From an uncultured Syntrophomonadaceae bacterium (GTDB lineage: Bacteria; Bacillota; Dethiobacteria; DTU022), in contig CAZAKI010000001.1 in assembly GCA_964485855.1 (NCBI GenBank), positions 33,066-97,065 on the forward strand: a stretch of DNA of 64,000 nucleotides, in the 5' to 3' direction. The notes below the pieces were generated by a model. It was not told where the DNA came from, ran no database searches, and saw only the letters and a program-made list of their open reading frames with translations. The number at the start of each line of letters is the position of its first letter. Position 1 is the first letter of the stretch. The position numbers and the translations under genes are program-made. Shown in pieces: positions 21,658-31,299 of the stretch.

Positions 21658-22758
21658 GTGAGCTACAAGGACGTGAAAGTTTTGCTACGGGACCGAGAAA
21701 CCATTCTTGCTTTGAAAATAATTCTGATCGTGGCAACAGTAATCCTTACCACCTGGGTCGTAATCAAACTGGCTCCAGTTATATCCTTAATGATCGTTGC
21801 TGTTTTCATCGTTTACACTATAAATCCCCTGGTCAATTACTTAATTAAAAACCATTTCAAGCCGGTTATTGCTGCGCTAATCTCATCTATGTTGATCTTA
21901 ATTGCAGTAATGCTGCTTTTTTATCTTTTAATTCCCGGCTTAATTTTTGAAATGCGTCAGTTAATCAGTTTTTTAACTACAGAATTCATTCAGGATCTAC
22001 CCAAAGTCACCGCACAGCTTGAAGAAATCGATCAGCGTTTTAAACTCGAACTTACTGCTGCCTTTGTTGAGTACGCCAACCAGTTCGTCCATCAGGTGCC
22101 AGGTAATATCCAGTTACTGCTACGCAACTTAACCGCTATCTCCCTGGGTGTAGTTACCCGCATTTGGATCATGCTCGCGCTTGTTTTTCTTGTTTTTTAC
22201 CTAGTTCAGGATCTTGAAAAAGCAAAACAAAATCTAACCCTGCTGTTTCCACAGATTTATAAGGAAAATGTCATTCATATTTTAGGTACCGTAGATCTTA
22301 AAGTTGGCGCCTATATTAGGGGAACACTCATGAAATGCCTTTTTGTCGGTCTTTTGATCTGGACCGGCCTCTCGCTGTTGGGGATGCCTTTCGCGATCTT
22401 ATTAGGTATTACTGCCGGTCTTTTTAATATTATCCTCTACATCGGCCCTTTTGCCGCCGCCATTCCAGCTCTTCTCTTAAGCATCATGCCTGCTACTCCA
22501 AGTTTTTTCCTGGTCGTGCTCCTCTATCTTATCGTTCAAATTTTGGATGCATTCCTTTTTACTCCACTGTTTTTGGGTAAAGCTACCGATTTGAGTCCGC
22601 TAACCGTTGTAGTTGCCATCTTAATCGGGGCACAGCTATGGGGTGTACTCGGAATCATCCTCGCTATTCCAATCACGGCAACCCTTAAAGTTCTTCTTGA
22701 TCATTACTACCTGAAGCAGCGGAAAGCCGAAGAAGATGCAACAACCCTTTTGTCTTAA
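21658..22758 (+). CDS. AI-2E family transporter (PerM/YhhT-like permease)
   Basis: 366 aa with about 8 transmembrane helices and typical AI-2E C-terminal motifs. The start is uncertain (GTG 21658, or TTG 21682 after AAGGA). Confidence 0.75.
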   Translation: MSYKDVKVLLRDRETILALKIILIVATVILTTWVVIKLAPVISLMIVAVFIVYTINPLVNYLIKNHFKPVIAALISSMLILIAVMLLFYLLIPGLIFEMRQLISFLTTEFIQDLPKVTAQLEEIDQRFKLELTAAFVEYANQFVHQVPGNIQLLLRNLTAISLGVVTRIWIMLALVFLVFYLVQDLEKAKQNLTLLFPQIYKENVIHILGTVDLKVGAYIRGTLMKCLFVGLLIWTGLSLLGMPFAILLGITAGLFNIILYIGPFAAAIPALLLSIMPATPSFFLVVLLYLIVQILDAFLFTPLFLGKATDLSPLTVVVAILIGAQLWGVLGIILAIPITATLKVLLDHYYLKQRKAEEDATTLLS

Positions 22759-23213
22759 ACCATAAAGGGAAAATTAAGCTGTCGTAAAGCTTCATACAGT
22801 ACTATCGCCACAGAATTACCCAGATTCAATGAACGTGGAATTTGTGCGATCATTGGAATTCGTAAAACATAATCGGCTTTTCTTAAAATAGTAGGAGCCA
22901 AACCTTTTGTTTCACTGCCAAAGATCAGGAAATCATCTTGCTTATAGGCAATTCGATCATAACGACTAAGGCTAGTGGTCGAGAAACAAATTAGCCTGGA
23001 CTGCCCCCTGACAGCTTCCAGTGATAAAAAATCCTCGTATACGGTCAGGTTCAAATAGGGCCAGTAGTCCAATCCAGAACGGCGGACTTCTTTTTCGGCA
23101 ATTGAAAAACCGAGAGGTTTGACAAGATGAAGTTTAGTTCCAGTCAACACACAAGTTCTGGCAATATTTCCTGTGTTTGGTGGTATTTCCGGTTCGACAA
23201 GAACAACATTCAT
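22755..23213 (-). CDS. trmL: tRNA (cytidine34/uridine34-2'-O)-methyltransferase TrmL (SpoU/TrmH family)
   Basis: 152 aa starting MNVVLVEPEIPPNTGNIARTC. It has the SPOUT fold. Confidence 0.85.
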   Translation of the reverse strand: MNVVLVEPEIPPNTGNIARTCVLTGTKLHLVKPLGFSIAEKEVRRSGLDYWPYLNLTVYEDFLSLEAVRGQSRLICFSTTSLSRYDRIAYKQDDFLIFGSETKGLAPTILRKADYVLRIPMIAQIPRSLNLGNSVAIVLYEALRQLNFPFMV

Positions 23214-25642
23214 TGATTATTTAACCTTCTGTTTTTGATCACTTCAGCTTTTTTATCCGGTTCATTTTTCATAATTTCGTTATAAGCTAATAATTTTTTC
23301 ATGACTTTATCGTTAAAAGTTCCAGCTTTATATTTGCCGCTTATATTTTTTTTACCGGTTTCGATTCCTGCCAGCAGGTTTAAACCATCGTCGATATTAC
23401 TGATAGTATAAATATGAAACTTTTTCTTTCTGACTGCTTCAACCACTTCTTTTTTGAGCATCAAATTTTTCTTGTTTTGCTCGGGGATGATCACCCCTTG
23501 CTTTCCAGTCAATTTTTTTGCTTTGCAGGCTAAGAAGAAACCCTCTATTTTACTGTTAATACCACCAACAGGCTGAATCTCTCCTTTTTGATTAATTGAT
23601 CCGGTTACCGCCAGATCCTGGCGCAGGGGAACCTCGGCTAGGCTTGACAGCAAACAGATTAACTCCGCCGCCGATGCACTGTCACCATCTACTCCGCCAT
23701 ATGATTGCTCGAAGCAGAGCGAAGCAGTCAGATTAATTGGAATTTGCGATCCGTAGCGCTCTCCAAGACAGCCACTCAAAATAAGGACTCCTTTATTATG
23801 GATTTTTCCGCTCAAATCACTTTCCCGCTCAATATTAATTAAACCTTTACGACCCACATAGGTTGATGCTGTTATCCTTGAAGGCCGGCCAAAACTGTAA
23901 TCACCCTGATCGATAACTGAAAGCGCATTCACCTGTCCTACTTTTTCTCCTTTCAGATCAATTAGGATTTGACCTTCGTTAATTGCTTCAATAATTTTCT
24001 GTTCATATTTATTTGAACGGTAGACCATTTCATTCAGCGCTTTTTCAACCTGTCGGCGGCTGACCGTTTTAACCCCGTCCAATTCAGCCCAGGTGTCCGC
24101 TTCAAATAAAATATCAACAATTTCATTAAACCGAGTACTTAATTTATCCTGTTTTTCTGCCAATCGGGTACTGTATTCAACTATTTCAGCAACTGCCGAT
24201 AAATCAAAGTGTCGTAAATTCTGCTTGTTACAGTGATAAGATATAAAACCAGCCATTTTTCGAATATTATCTTCCTGCCGTTCCATTTCAATATCAAAAT
24301 CAGCCTTTATTTTAAACAGCTTCCTGAAATCTTCATCGTAATGATAAAGAATTTGATAAAGGTAAGGACTGCCAATCATTACAACTTTCAGGTTGAGAGG
24401 AATAGATTGCGGTCTGAGCGTTGCCATTGCCACTAATCCAAAGTGTTCTCCAATATTTTCAATGCGGATCTCTCTTGTTCGCAACACTCTTTTTAATACA
24501 TCCCATGACTGCATAGCAGTTAAAACATCTCTGGCCTGCAGGATTAAATAGCCACCGTTTGCCTGGTGTAAAGCCCCTGCCTTGATCATCGAAAAATCTG
24601 TTACAACCATCCCAAAACGATTCTCATATTCTACCCTACCCAGCAGATTGTAATAGGAAGGATTAGTTTCATAGACCATTGGAGCGCCTTTAGTTTCACG
24701 ATTATCAACCAGCAAATTAACAGTATAACGCAATTCAGCCTGATCCTGACTTTGCCTTCTCAGCCAAAGCATTGAATTCTGCTGCTCCTCTTCTTCTTCA
24801 CGGAAATCGGCAAGATTGGATAAAACATCATTTTGATAATCCTGCAGATATTTAACGATCGAAGGGTAATCAGCATATTCTTCATTAAGTTCGCTGAAAA
24901 GATGGCCGATGGCTGCCATACCGATCCGTTGATCGAGTTTTTTCAATCTTTCTTTAAAATCCTTTTCAACCTTTTGAACCCGTCGCATGACTTCCATCGC
25001 TTTGATCTGCACTTCGTTTGATTTTTTCTCCAGCTCATCTTTTTCATTCTGATCCAACTTGGCATAGTCTTCCTCACTAATTTGTTCACCATTTTGCAGC
25101 GGTATGGTTACAAAGCCCGAACTAGTTCTTTTTAAGGCAAAACCCTGATCCTGGGCAGCCTTACTGAGTTCTTCAAGGAGTAATCCCCTGGCTTCCTGAA
25201 ATTCTTTGATGAAGATAGACTTCTGCCTTTCATAGTCATCTCCGTCAAAAGCCTTGGGGATGTTTTGTTTTAAATCTTCAAGCAGTTCCTTGATTTTTGT
25301 ACAAAAAGAGTAACCTGTGCCGGCCGGAAGGTTTAAAGCTATCGGTTCACCGGGATGATCAAAATTATAGACATATAACCAGTCATCAGGAACCGGCTCT
25401 TCAGCAGAAATTTTTTCGATAATTGATTGAGCATAGCTTGATTTACCGGTTCCAGTCAGGCCAGTCATAAAAATATTGTAACCATGTTTTTTAATCCGTA
25501 AACCAAACTCTGTCGCCTTCACTGCTCGCTCCTGGCCAATCATTCCTTCGAGCGGTGGGATTTCAGCCGTCGTTTTAAAGTCAATTTCGTTTGGTTCACA
25601 AATTAGTCTCAGCTCGTCAACACTTAACTCTTTCCAGGGCAT
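23210..25642 (-). CDS. Lon-like protease, LonC type: an AAA+ module carrying a large helical insertion plus a Lon Ser-Lys protease domain
   Basis: Walker A GLTGTGKSS; roughly 200-residue coiled-coil insertion; Lon protease domain with DGDSASAAE (catalytic Ser) and a downstream Lys. The start is set at ATG 25642, which has a GGAGAG Shine-Dalgarno and overlaps the nth stop as TAATG. Confidence 0.75.
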   Translation of the reverse strand: MPWKELSVDELRLICEPNEIDFKTTAEIPPLEGMIGQERAVKATEFGLRIKKHGYNIFMTGLTGTGKSSYAQSIIEKISAEEPVPDDWLYVYNFDHPGEPIALNLPAGTGYSFCTKIKELLEDLKQNIPKAFDGDDYERQKSIFIKEFQEARGLLLEELSKAAQDQGFALKRTSSGFVTIPLQNGEQISEEDYAKLDQNEKDELEKKSNEVQIKAMEVMRRVQKVEKDFKERLKKLDQRIGMAAIGHLFSELNEEYADYPSIVKYLQDYQNDVLSNLADFREEEEEQQNSMLWLRRQSQDQAELRYTVNLLVDNRETKGAPMVYETNPSYYNLLGRVEYENRFGMVVTDFSMIKAGALHQANGGYLILQARDVLTAMQSWDVLKRVLRTREIRIENIGEHFGLVAMATLRPQSIPLNLKVVMIGSPYLYQILYHYDEDFRKLFKIKADFDIEMERQEDNIRKMAGFISYHCNKQNLRHFDLSAVAEIVEYSTRLAEKQDKLSTRFNEIVDILFEADTWAELDGVKTVSRRQVEKALNEMVYRSNKYEQKIIEAINEGQILIDLKGEKVGQVNALSVIDQGDYSFGRPSRITASTYVGRKGLINIERESDLSGKIHNKGVLILSGCLGERYGSQIPINLTASLCFEQSYGGVDGDSASAAELICLLSSLAEVPLRQDLAVTGSINQKGEIQPVGGINSKIEGFFLACKAKKLTGKQGVIIPEQNKKNLMLKKEVVEAVRKKKFHIYTISNIDDGLNLLAGIETGKKNISGKYKAGTFNDKVMKKLLAYNEIMKNEPDKKAEVIKNRRLNNQ

Positions 25643-26304
25643 TAATTGTCTCTCCTCTCTCGCGCATAACGACATAGCGTCTCCAGGAAACAAGCTAGAC
25701 AGTCAGGTTTTCGGGCATGGCAAATTTTGCGACCGTGCCTGATCAGGCGGTGGTGAATTTCTGTCCATTCGCAAATAGGGATCACGGCCTGGAGCTGTTT
25801 TTCTACTTCAACAACATTATTACTGTCAGCAAGACCAAGCCTTCTACTAACTCTAAAAACATGGGTATCAACTGCAAGAGCCGGTTTTCCAAAAGCGCCG
25901 CTGATAATGACATTTGCCGTTTTTCGCCCCACTCCAGGTAAAGTCATTAATTGATCGAACTCATCTGGAACTTTACCGTCATACCGAGCAACAATAATCC
26001 TGCTTGCCGCTACCAGGTAACGACTTTTATTACGATAAAGACCGCACCCTTTCAAGTATGGCTCAAGATCCTGAGGTTCCAGGGAAGCTAATGCCTCGAT
26101 TGAGGGAATGGCTTGGAATAAACCAGCTGTTATCTTGTTCACCTGTTGATCAGTTGTTTGTGCTGATAAAACAGTGGCAACAAAAAGCTGGTACGGGTTT
26201 TGATAATTAAGGCTGGTTTTTGCATCCGGATAATAGCTTGCAAGTTTAAACCTAATTTGTTCAATTAAATCAGGATTTAAAATATAATTATGCTTTCTGG
26301 ACAT
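25642..26304 (-). CDS. nth: endonuclease III (DNA glycosylase/AP lyase)
   Basis: 220 aa. HhH-GPD motif LPGVGRKTA and C-terminal [4Fe-4S] Cys cluster C-x6-C-x2-C-x5-C. Confidence 0.9.
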   Translation of the reverse strand: MSRKHNYILNPDLIEQIRFKLASYYPDAKTSLNYQNPYQLFVATVLSAQTTDQQVNKITAGLFQAIPSIEALASLEPQDLEPYLKGCGLYRNKSRYLVAASRIIVARYDGKVPDEFDQLMTLPGVGRKTANVIISGAFGKPALAVDTHVFRVSRRLGLADSNNVVEVEKQLQAVIPICEWTEIHHRLIRHGRKICHARKPDCLACFLETLCRYARERRDN

Positions 26305-26309
26305 AAAAC

Positions 26310-26338
26310 ATTATAGATCGGGGTTGACGACAGGTAAA
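26310..26338 (-). promoter_or_regulatory. candidate promoter of nth (-35 TTTACC, 17 nt, -10 TATAAT); implies a leaderless or very short-leader transcript
   Basis: TATAAT on the minus strand ends 5 nt before the nth ATG. No Shine-Dalgarno can fit in that space. Confidence 0.35.
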
Positions 26339-26368
26339 GAAAAATATCTTTTGCAGCGAAAGACTTTT

Positions 26369-27568
26369 TTATGATCCGCTACGAATGATGCCTCTACTAT
26401 CTAGAACCTTAATTTCTTCTTCAGAATAATTAAGCTCAGTTAAGATTTGGCTGCTGTGTTCACCGTGGCGCGGTGGCTGCAGTCTTAAAGTACCTGGGTT
26501 TCCGGAAAACAGCAATGGAAAACCTGTTAACAACTCAACATGATCATTGGCCACCTTATTTTTTAGCCAAAAGTGATTTTCGATGCTGAGAGGATGTTCA
26601 ACCGATTCATCAAGTGAAAGGACCGGTTCGCAGCAGGCATCAACTTCCGCAAACGACTTGACCCACTGCTGCCTGGTTTTAGTCTTAAACAACTGTTGTA
26701 CTTCGATCAGCAATTTCTTCTGTTGTTGCGGATCGTATTGCTGTCCAATCCATTCCGGATGTTCAACCTTTTGACAAAAACGCTCCCAAAAAACGGGCTC
26801 CAAGGCCCCAAGACTGATGTATTTTCGATCTGCAGTCTGGTAAAGATTATAACAAGCATAAGCACCGGTGATCTGTCCCCGGTTTCGACCGGGAAGCCCT
26901 TTTCCATCAAACAATGTGGAAGCGGCATAGGCAAGCCAGGGCAAAAGCCCCCTGGTCATTGATATATCAACAAAACTTCCTTTTCCGCTCTTATCGCGAT
27001 CATGTAGGGCCATTAAGATCCCAATTACAGCCATTAACGAACCGGCGCCAATATCAGCGATTTGAACCGCGGGCATAACCGGTTCGCCACTTTCATTGGC
27101 GCTCAGTTCAAGAAGACCGGTAAGGGCAGTGTAATTGAGGTCGTGACCGGCTTTGTGCTTAAAACTGCCTAGCTGGCCGTACCCACTAATTGATGCGTAA
27201 ATCAGCCGGGAATTGACTCCTGCTAAAGAATCGTAATCTAAACCCAGTTTCTTCATCACGCCGGGACGAAAACCTTCAACTAAAACATCGGCCTGCTTTA
27301 TCAGCCGGTAAATTATCTCCCGTCCTTGTTCTGCTTTTAAGTTAACCGCAAGGCTGCGTTTATTCCGGTTAATCTGTCTGAAAAACGTTCCGCTACCTTC
27401 AATTTGGGAACCGATATGACGGGTTGGATCTCCATGATCTACATCTTCTATTTTAATCACGTCTGCCCCATAATCACCAAGCAGCATAGTGCATAATGGA
27501 CCTGGGAGCAAACGGGTCAGGTCTAAAACCAGCAAATCATTTAAGAGCGAAGGAACCATAAAGATCAC
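26369..27568 (-). CDS. family III CoA-transferase (CaiB/BaiF/Frc family)
   Basis: 399 aa starting LVLDLTRLLPGPLCTMLLGDYGADVIKIE, with a catalytic Asp region typical of family III. Confidence 0.8.
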   Translation of the reverse strand: MIFMVPSLLNDLLVLDLTRLLPGPLCTMLLGDYGADVIKIEDVDHGDPTRHIGSQIEGSGTFFRQINRNKRSLAVNLKAEQGREIIYRLIKQADVLVEGFRPGVMKKLGLDYDSLAGVNSRLIYASISGYGQLGSFKHKAGHDLNYTALTGLLELSANESGEPVMPAVQIADIGAGSLMAVIGILMALHDRDKSGKGSFVDISMTRGLLPWLAYAASTLFDGKGLPGRNRGQITGAYACYNLYQTADRKYISLGALEPVFWERFCQKVEHPEWIGQQYDPQQQKKLLIEVQQLFKTKTRQQWVKSFAEVDACCEPVLSLDESVEHPLSIENHFWLKNKVANDHVELLTGFPLLFSGNPGTLRLQPPRHGEHSSQILTELNYSEEEIKVLDSRGIIRSGS

Positions 27569-29169
27569 CGATGGGTGTAATGGGGAAGCAACATCGGACC
27601 GATCCTGTCGTTTGCAGCCCCAGTATCTTCCAATTCACGGTGGTAATGGTCGACATGCTGCAGGTTCAAGCCAACCGGTTTGTCAAGATCAAGGCTGACT
27701 TTGGCGGCATGTCGTCCAGAACGTCTTCCAAAAACAATAATATCAAGCAACGAATTGCCCATCAGGCGGTTAGTGCCGTGGATCCCACCTGCCGCTTCAC
27801 CAGCTACGTAAAGGTTCTCAACAGTACTGCGTCCGTTTTCATCGATTAGCAGGCCGCCGTTCTGGTAATGCAAGGTAGGATAAATCAGCATCGGTTCCTT
27901 ACGGATATCAACCCCAAACCGTTGAAACTGGCGCATCATGGCAGGCAGCTGGCGTTCGATAGTTCCCTCGCCGTGGATCATTTCAATTATTGGTGAATCA
28001 AGCCAGACCGCAATTAAGCCTGTTGGCAAGGGCACACCAAGATTTCTCTCGTGACATTCTCGCAAGATAGCCGATGACTCAACATCACGTGTTTCCAAGT
28101 GATAAACGAATTGTTCTCCATTAATATTAAGAGGTGTAGCCCCCAAACCCCTGGTTTTTTCTGTAACCAGAAGACCTAACAGTTGTGGCGGATAAGCACC
28201 GCCGGTTGGATGATACTGAATTGAGTCGGCATAAATCGTTTTTGCACCGGCCCGGTACCCAATGACCAATCCATCGGCTGTAGCCCCATAATGGTTGCTG
28301 GTTGGAAAACCGCGATAATGAAGCCTGCCGGAACCACCAGTTGCCAGAATTACTGTTTTTGCCCTTGCAACCAGATACTGTTCGGTTTCGACATTAAAAA
28401 GTACTGCGCCGGCTGCTCTTCCATTTTGATCGAGGATTACTTCAACAGCAGCACAGAATTCAACAATCGATATGCCTTTATTCAGCACCTCGTCACGTAG
28501 CGTGCGCATGATTTCCGCTCCGGTGTAATCGCGGGCAGCATGCATTCTCTTTCTTGACGTGCCTCCACCATGAATGGTGACCATCGTCCCATCATCTTTC
28601 TTATCAAACATGGTTCCCATGTTCTCGAGCCATTTAATCACCAGGGGAGCATCCATAACCAGGGCACGGGCCAGTTCGGGAACATTATCGAAGCGTCCGC
28701 CCCCGACTACATCCAGGTAGTGGATAGCCGGAGTATCATTTTCCTTATCGGCAGCCTGGATACCACCCTGCGCCATCATCGTATTGGCATCACCAAAACG
28801 CAATTTGGTAGCTATCATCACATTGGCCCCGGCTGCATGCGCCTCAAGGGCAGCGGAAGCACCGGCGCCCCCTCCGCCAATGATTAAAACGTCTACATCG
28901 TAGTCCGGTTCTGTTTCCAGATCCAGTTTTAGATCACGCAGGCGGCTCCATGATTCAAAAACATCAGCCATTTCAACAGGCATCCTGGCTCCCTTGCTGA
29001 CACCAACCTTGATCTCGCGGAAACCGTCGGGATTATAATCTGGGTGAAATTTTTCAAGCACTTCCTGTCGCTCTTCCTGAGTCATGCGTGGAAAATGAAC
29101 ACCAACCCGTGAGGCCCTGCTCTCTTCAACTTTTTTTACTAACTCACCAAGTTTACCGCTATATGCCAA
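27565..29169 (-). CDS. FAD flavoprotein of the succinate dehydrogenase/fumarate reductase (FrdA/SdhA/NadB) superfamily; non-covalent FAD type with an N-terminal extension of about 90 aa
   Basis: The GxGxxG motif (DVLIIGGGGAG) appears only after residue 90. Where the covalent-FAD His would be, the sequence is ANTMMAQGG, with no His. Fumarate-reductase-like active-site regions are present (HPTG, RxxE). Confidence 0.8.
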   Translation of the reverse strand: MAYSGKLGELVKKVEESRASRVGVHFPRMTQEERQEVLEKFHPDYNPDGFREIKVGVSKGARMPVEMADVFESWSRLRDLKLDLETEPDYDVDVLIIGGGGAGASAALEAHAAGANVMIATKLRFGDANTMMAQGGIQAADKENDTPAIHYLDVVGGGRFDNVPELARALVMDAPLVIKWLENMGTMFDKKDDGTMVTIHGGGTSRKRMHAARDYTGAEIMRTLRDEVLNKGISIVEFCAAVEVILDQNGRAAGAVLFNVETEQYLVARAKTVILATGGSGRLHYRGFPTSNHYGATADGLVIGYRAGAKTIYADSIQYHPTGGAYPPQLLGLLVTEKTRGLGATPLNINGEQFVYHLETRDVESSAILRECHERNLGVPLPTGLIAVWLDSPIIEMIHGEGTIERQLPAMMRQFQRFGVDIRKEPMLIYPTLHYQNGGLLIDENGRSTVENLYVAGEAAGGIHGTNRLMGNSLLDIIVFGRRSGRHAAKVSLDLDKPVGLNLQHVDHYHRELEDTGAANDRIGPMLLPHYTHR

Positions 29170-29196
29170 TGATCTAATACCTCCTCTCCAGGTTCG

Positions 29197-29895
29197 TTAT
29201 TCAATTTCTCTCTTGTTGTACATATCCTGCAGTGAATCGCGATCTGCAGAAACCAGGGCATCAATATCGGCGTTACATTCACCCGCTTCAATTGCCTTTG
29301 TGCGCTCTGCTAAAAATTGATCCGGCTTAGCTATGTAGCGGCTATATAGCCTCCTGGCAGTGAGGGCAGCGTTATAATGAACAATATTTGCCGGACAACG
29401 CGATACACAAAGACCGCACATCAGGCAGTCAAAAGATAAATCTGCTGCTTTCTCAAAATCACCACGCTGGATGTAAGCGATATACTGCATTACATCAATG
29501 TCTTGGGGGCAAACTTTCGTACAGGAACTACATCCCAGGCAGCGGTAAACTTCAGGATAAAGCTGGGCAAAATGGGCTACTGATGGTTTGATCTCATCTA
29601 AATCAAATGTTGCTTTACGGCCGGGGAAAAAGGGGATTTGAGCCAAATACATGCCATCTTCCACTTTTGTCTGGCAGGCCAGACCAACTTTTAACTCGTA
29701 ATCACCGGCCATTCGGTATACAGTCGCACATGCTCCGCAAAACCCGGCCCGACAGCCGCAACCACGCTTTAACTGGTATCCCGCATACTCCATGGAATCC
29801 ATGATGGTCAGGGATTCCGGAACTGTATATTTTTTACCCATAATATAAATATCAACCATCTTAATTTCGTCGCTCATATTATCCTCCTTTGGCAA
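29197..29895 (-). CDS. FrdB/SdhB-like iron-sulfur subunit ([2Fe-2S] plus two [4Fe-4S] motifs)
   Basis: C-x4-C-x2-C...C (CRAGFCGAC) plant-ferredoxin-like motif, then CLGCSSCTKVCP and CLMCGLCVSRCP. Confidence 0.8.
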   Translation of the reverse strand: MPKEDNMSDEIKMVDIYIMGKKYTVPESLTIMDSMEYAGYQLKRGCGCRAGFCGACATVYRMAGDYELKVGLACQTKVEDGMYLAQIPFFPGRKATFDLDEIKPSVAHFAQLYPEVYRCLGCSSCTKVCPQDIDVMQYIAYIQRGDFEKAADLSFDCLMCGLCVSRCPANIVHYNAALTARRLYSRYIAKPDQFLAERTKAIEAGECNADIDALVSADRDSLQDMYNKREIE

Positions 29896-29902
29896 AGCAG
29901 AC

Positions 29903-31249
29903 CTATTCGGCAGGTGGTGCAGGAATAAACCCTTTCTCCATTAACATTTGGGTCTGCTTCTGGGCTTTGCCGATCGATGTTTCGGCGAGCTTGTAGATTT
30001 CTTCTCTACTGAGCTTGATGCGGGCTACTCCCTCTTCAATTGCTTTCATCGCCGTCGCAGTTGCGACTCGGGGGAAGATATCCCACATGTCCATCGTCGG
30101 CAATATTTTCTCGGGATTCATACCGCCATCCGGAGCGCAGGCAGCCAGTTCCTCTGCAGCAGCTATACACATTGTATCAGTAATTTTTGTGGCTTGAACA
30201 TCCAAAACACCGCGGAAAATTGCCGGAAAGCCGAGCGAATTATTAACCTGGTTCGGAAAATCAGAACGCCCGGTTGATACTATTTTCGCCCCGGCTTCAA
30301 GAGCCTCCCAGGGCCAGATTTCTGGAATCGGGTTAGCGCAAGCGAAAACAATTGCATCCTTCGCCATGCTGGAGATCCATTCTTTTTTAATCGTGTCAGG
30401 ACCGGGAGTAGAAAGGGCAATGATTACATCGGCTCCGTTACAGGCATCAGCAGGTTGGCCAACCAGATTACCGGCGTTAGTAGTCTGACAAAGTTCCCAT
30501 TTGACCGGGTGTTTTTCCTTTAACTCCGTCCTACCCTTGTGTAATGTCCCCTTGCTGTCAAGCATGATGATCTTTGCCGGATCCACCCCGGCAGCAATAA
30601 TCAAACGGGCGGTGCAGATATTAGCTGCGCCGGCTCCCAGCATGACTACTTTTACTTCGCTCATCTTTTTACCAACTATTTTTAAAGCATTAATCAAACC
30701 GGCCAGATTAACCATGGCCGTTCCCTGCTGGTCATCATGCCAGACCGGAATGTGGCACTCTTCTTTCAGCCGATCCAGGATATCAAAACATTTCGGACTT
30801 GCAATGTCTTCAAGGTTAATCCCGCCAAAACAAGGTTGCAGCATTTTTACGAACTTAATGAACTCTTCAGGATCCTTAGTGTCAACACAAACTGGAAAAG
30901 CATCAACTCCACCCAGGTATTTAAAAAGTAGCGCTTTCCCCTCCATTACCGGCATGCTGGCTTCGGGACCGATATCACCCAATCCGAGAACTCTAGTTCC
31001 ATCTGATACAACCGCCAGCAAATTAGCCTTGTTGGTATATTTGTAAACATCTTCTTTATTCTTAGCTATCGCTTTGCAGGGTTCGGCTACACCCGGAGTG
31101 TACCAAATTGCAAAATCTTTAATATCCCGGACACAACACTTAAGATCCACTTGAATTTTTCCTTTATAAAAGGGATGCAATTTCATCGCATCCTCGGCCG
31201 GCTTTTTGGCTTTAGCCAGCAAATCTTCTTTATTCATGGTCATTATCAT
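29903..31249 (-). CDS. NAD(P)-dependent malic enzyme (short form, oxaloacetate-decarboxylating malate dehydrogenase)
   Basis: 448 aa. Malic enzyme N-terminal and NAD-binding domains (VMLGAGAAN). No phosphotransacetylase-like C-terminal domain. Confidence 0.85.
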   Translation of the reverse strand: MIMTMNKEDLLAKAKKPAEDAMKLHPFYKGKIQVDLKCCVRDIKDFAIWYTPGVAEPCKAIAKNKEDVYKYTNKANLLAVVSDGTRVLGLGDIGPEASMPVMEGKALLFKYLGGVDAFPVCVDTKDPEEFIKFVKMLQPCFGGINLEDIASPKCFDILDRLKEECHIPVWHDDQQGTAMVNLAGLINALKIVGKKMSEVKVVMLGAGAANICTARLIIAAGVDPAKIIMLDSKGTLHKGRTELKEKHPVKWELCQTTNAGNLVGQPADACNGADVIIALSTPGPDTIKKEWISSMAKDAIVFACANPIPEIWPWEALEAGAKIVSTGRSDFPNQVNNSLGFPAIFRGVLDVQATKITDTMCIAAAEELAACAPDGGMNPEKILPTMDMWDIFPRVATATAMKAIEEGVARIKLSREEIYKLAETSIGKAQKQTQMLMEKGFIPAPPAE

Positions 31250-31299
31250 TATCCCTGCCTTTATTATTTGGTGACTGCTTTTTTAGAGATCAGGTGCGG

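Noticed and set aside
30501-31046. Larger antisense ORFs of 130-181 aa on the plus strand inside malic enzyme, fumA, OFOR beta, dnaE, ACAD and hppA (for example 30501..31046, 32292..32702, 33133..33549, 18617..19018, 46426..46818 and 54651..55073).
   Set aside because: Each is completely embedded antisense in a well-supported conserved gene. Their composition (Ser/Pro/Arg/Leu-rich) is typical of antisense translation. No start context or homology supports them.
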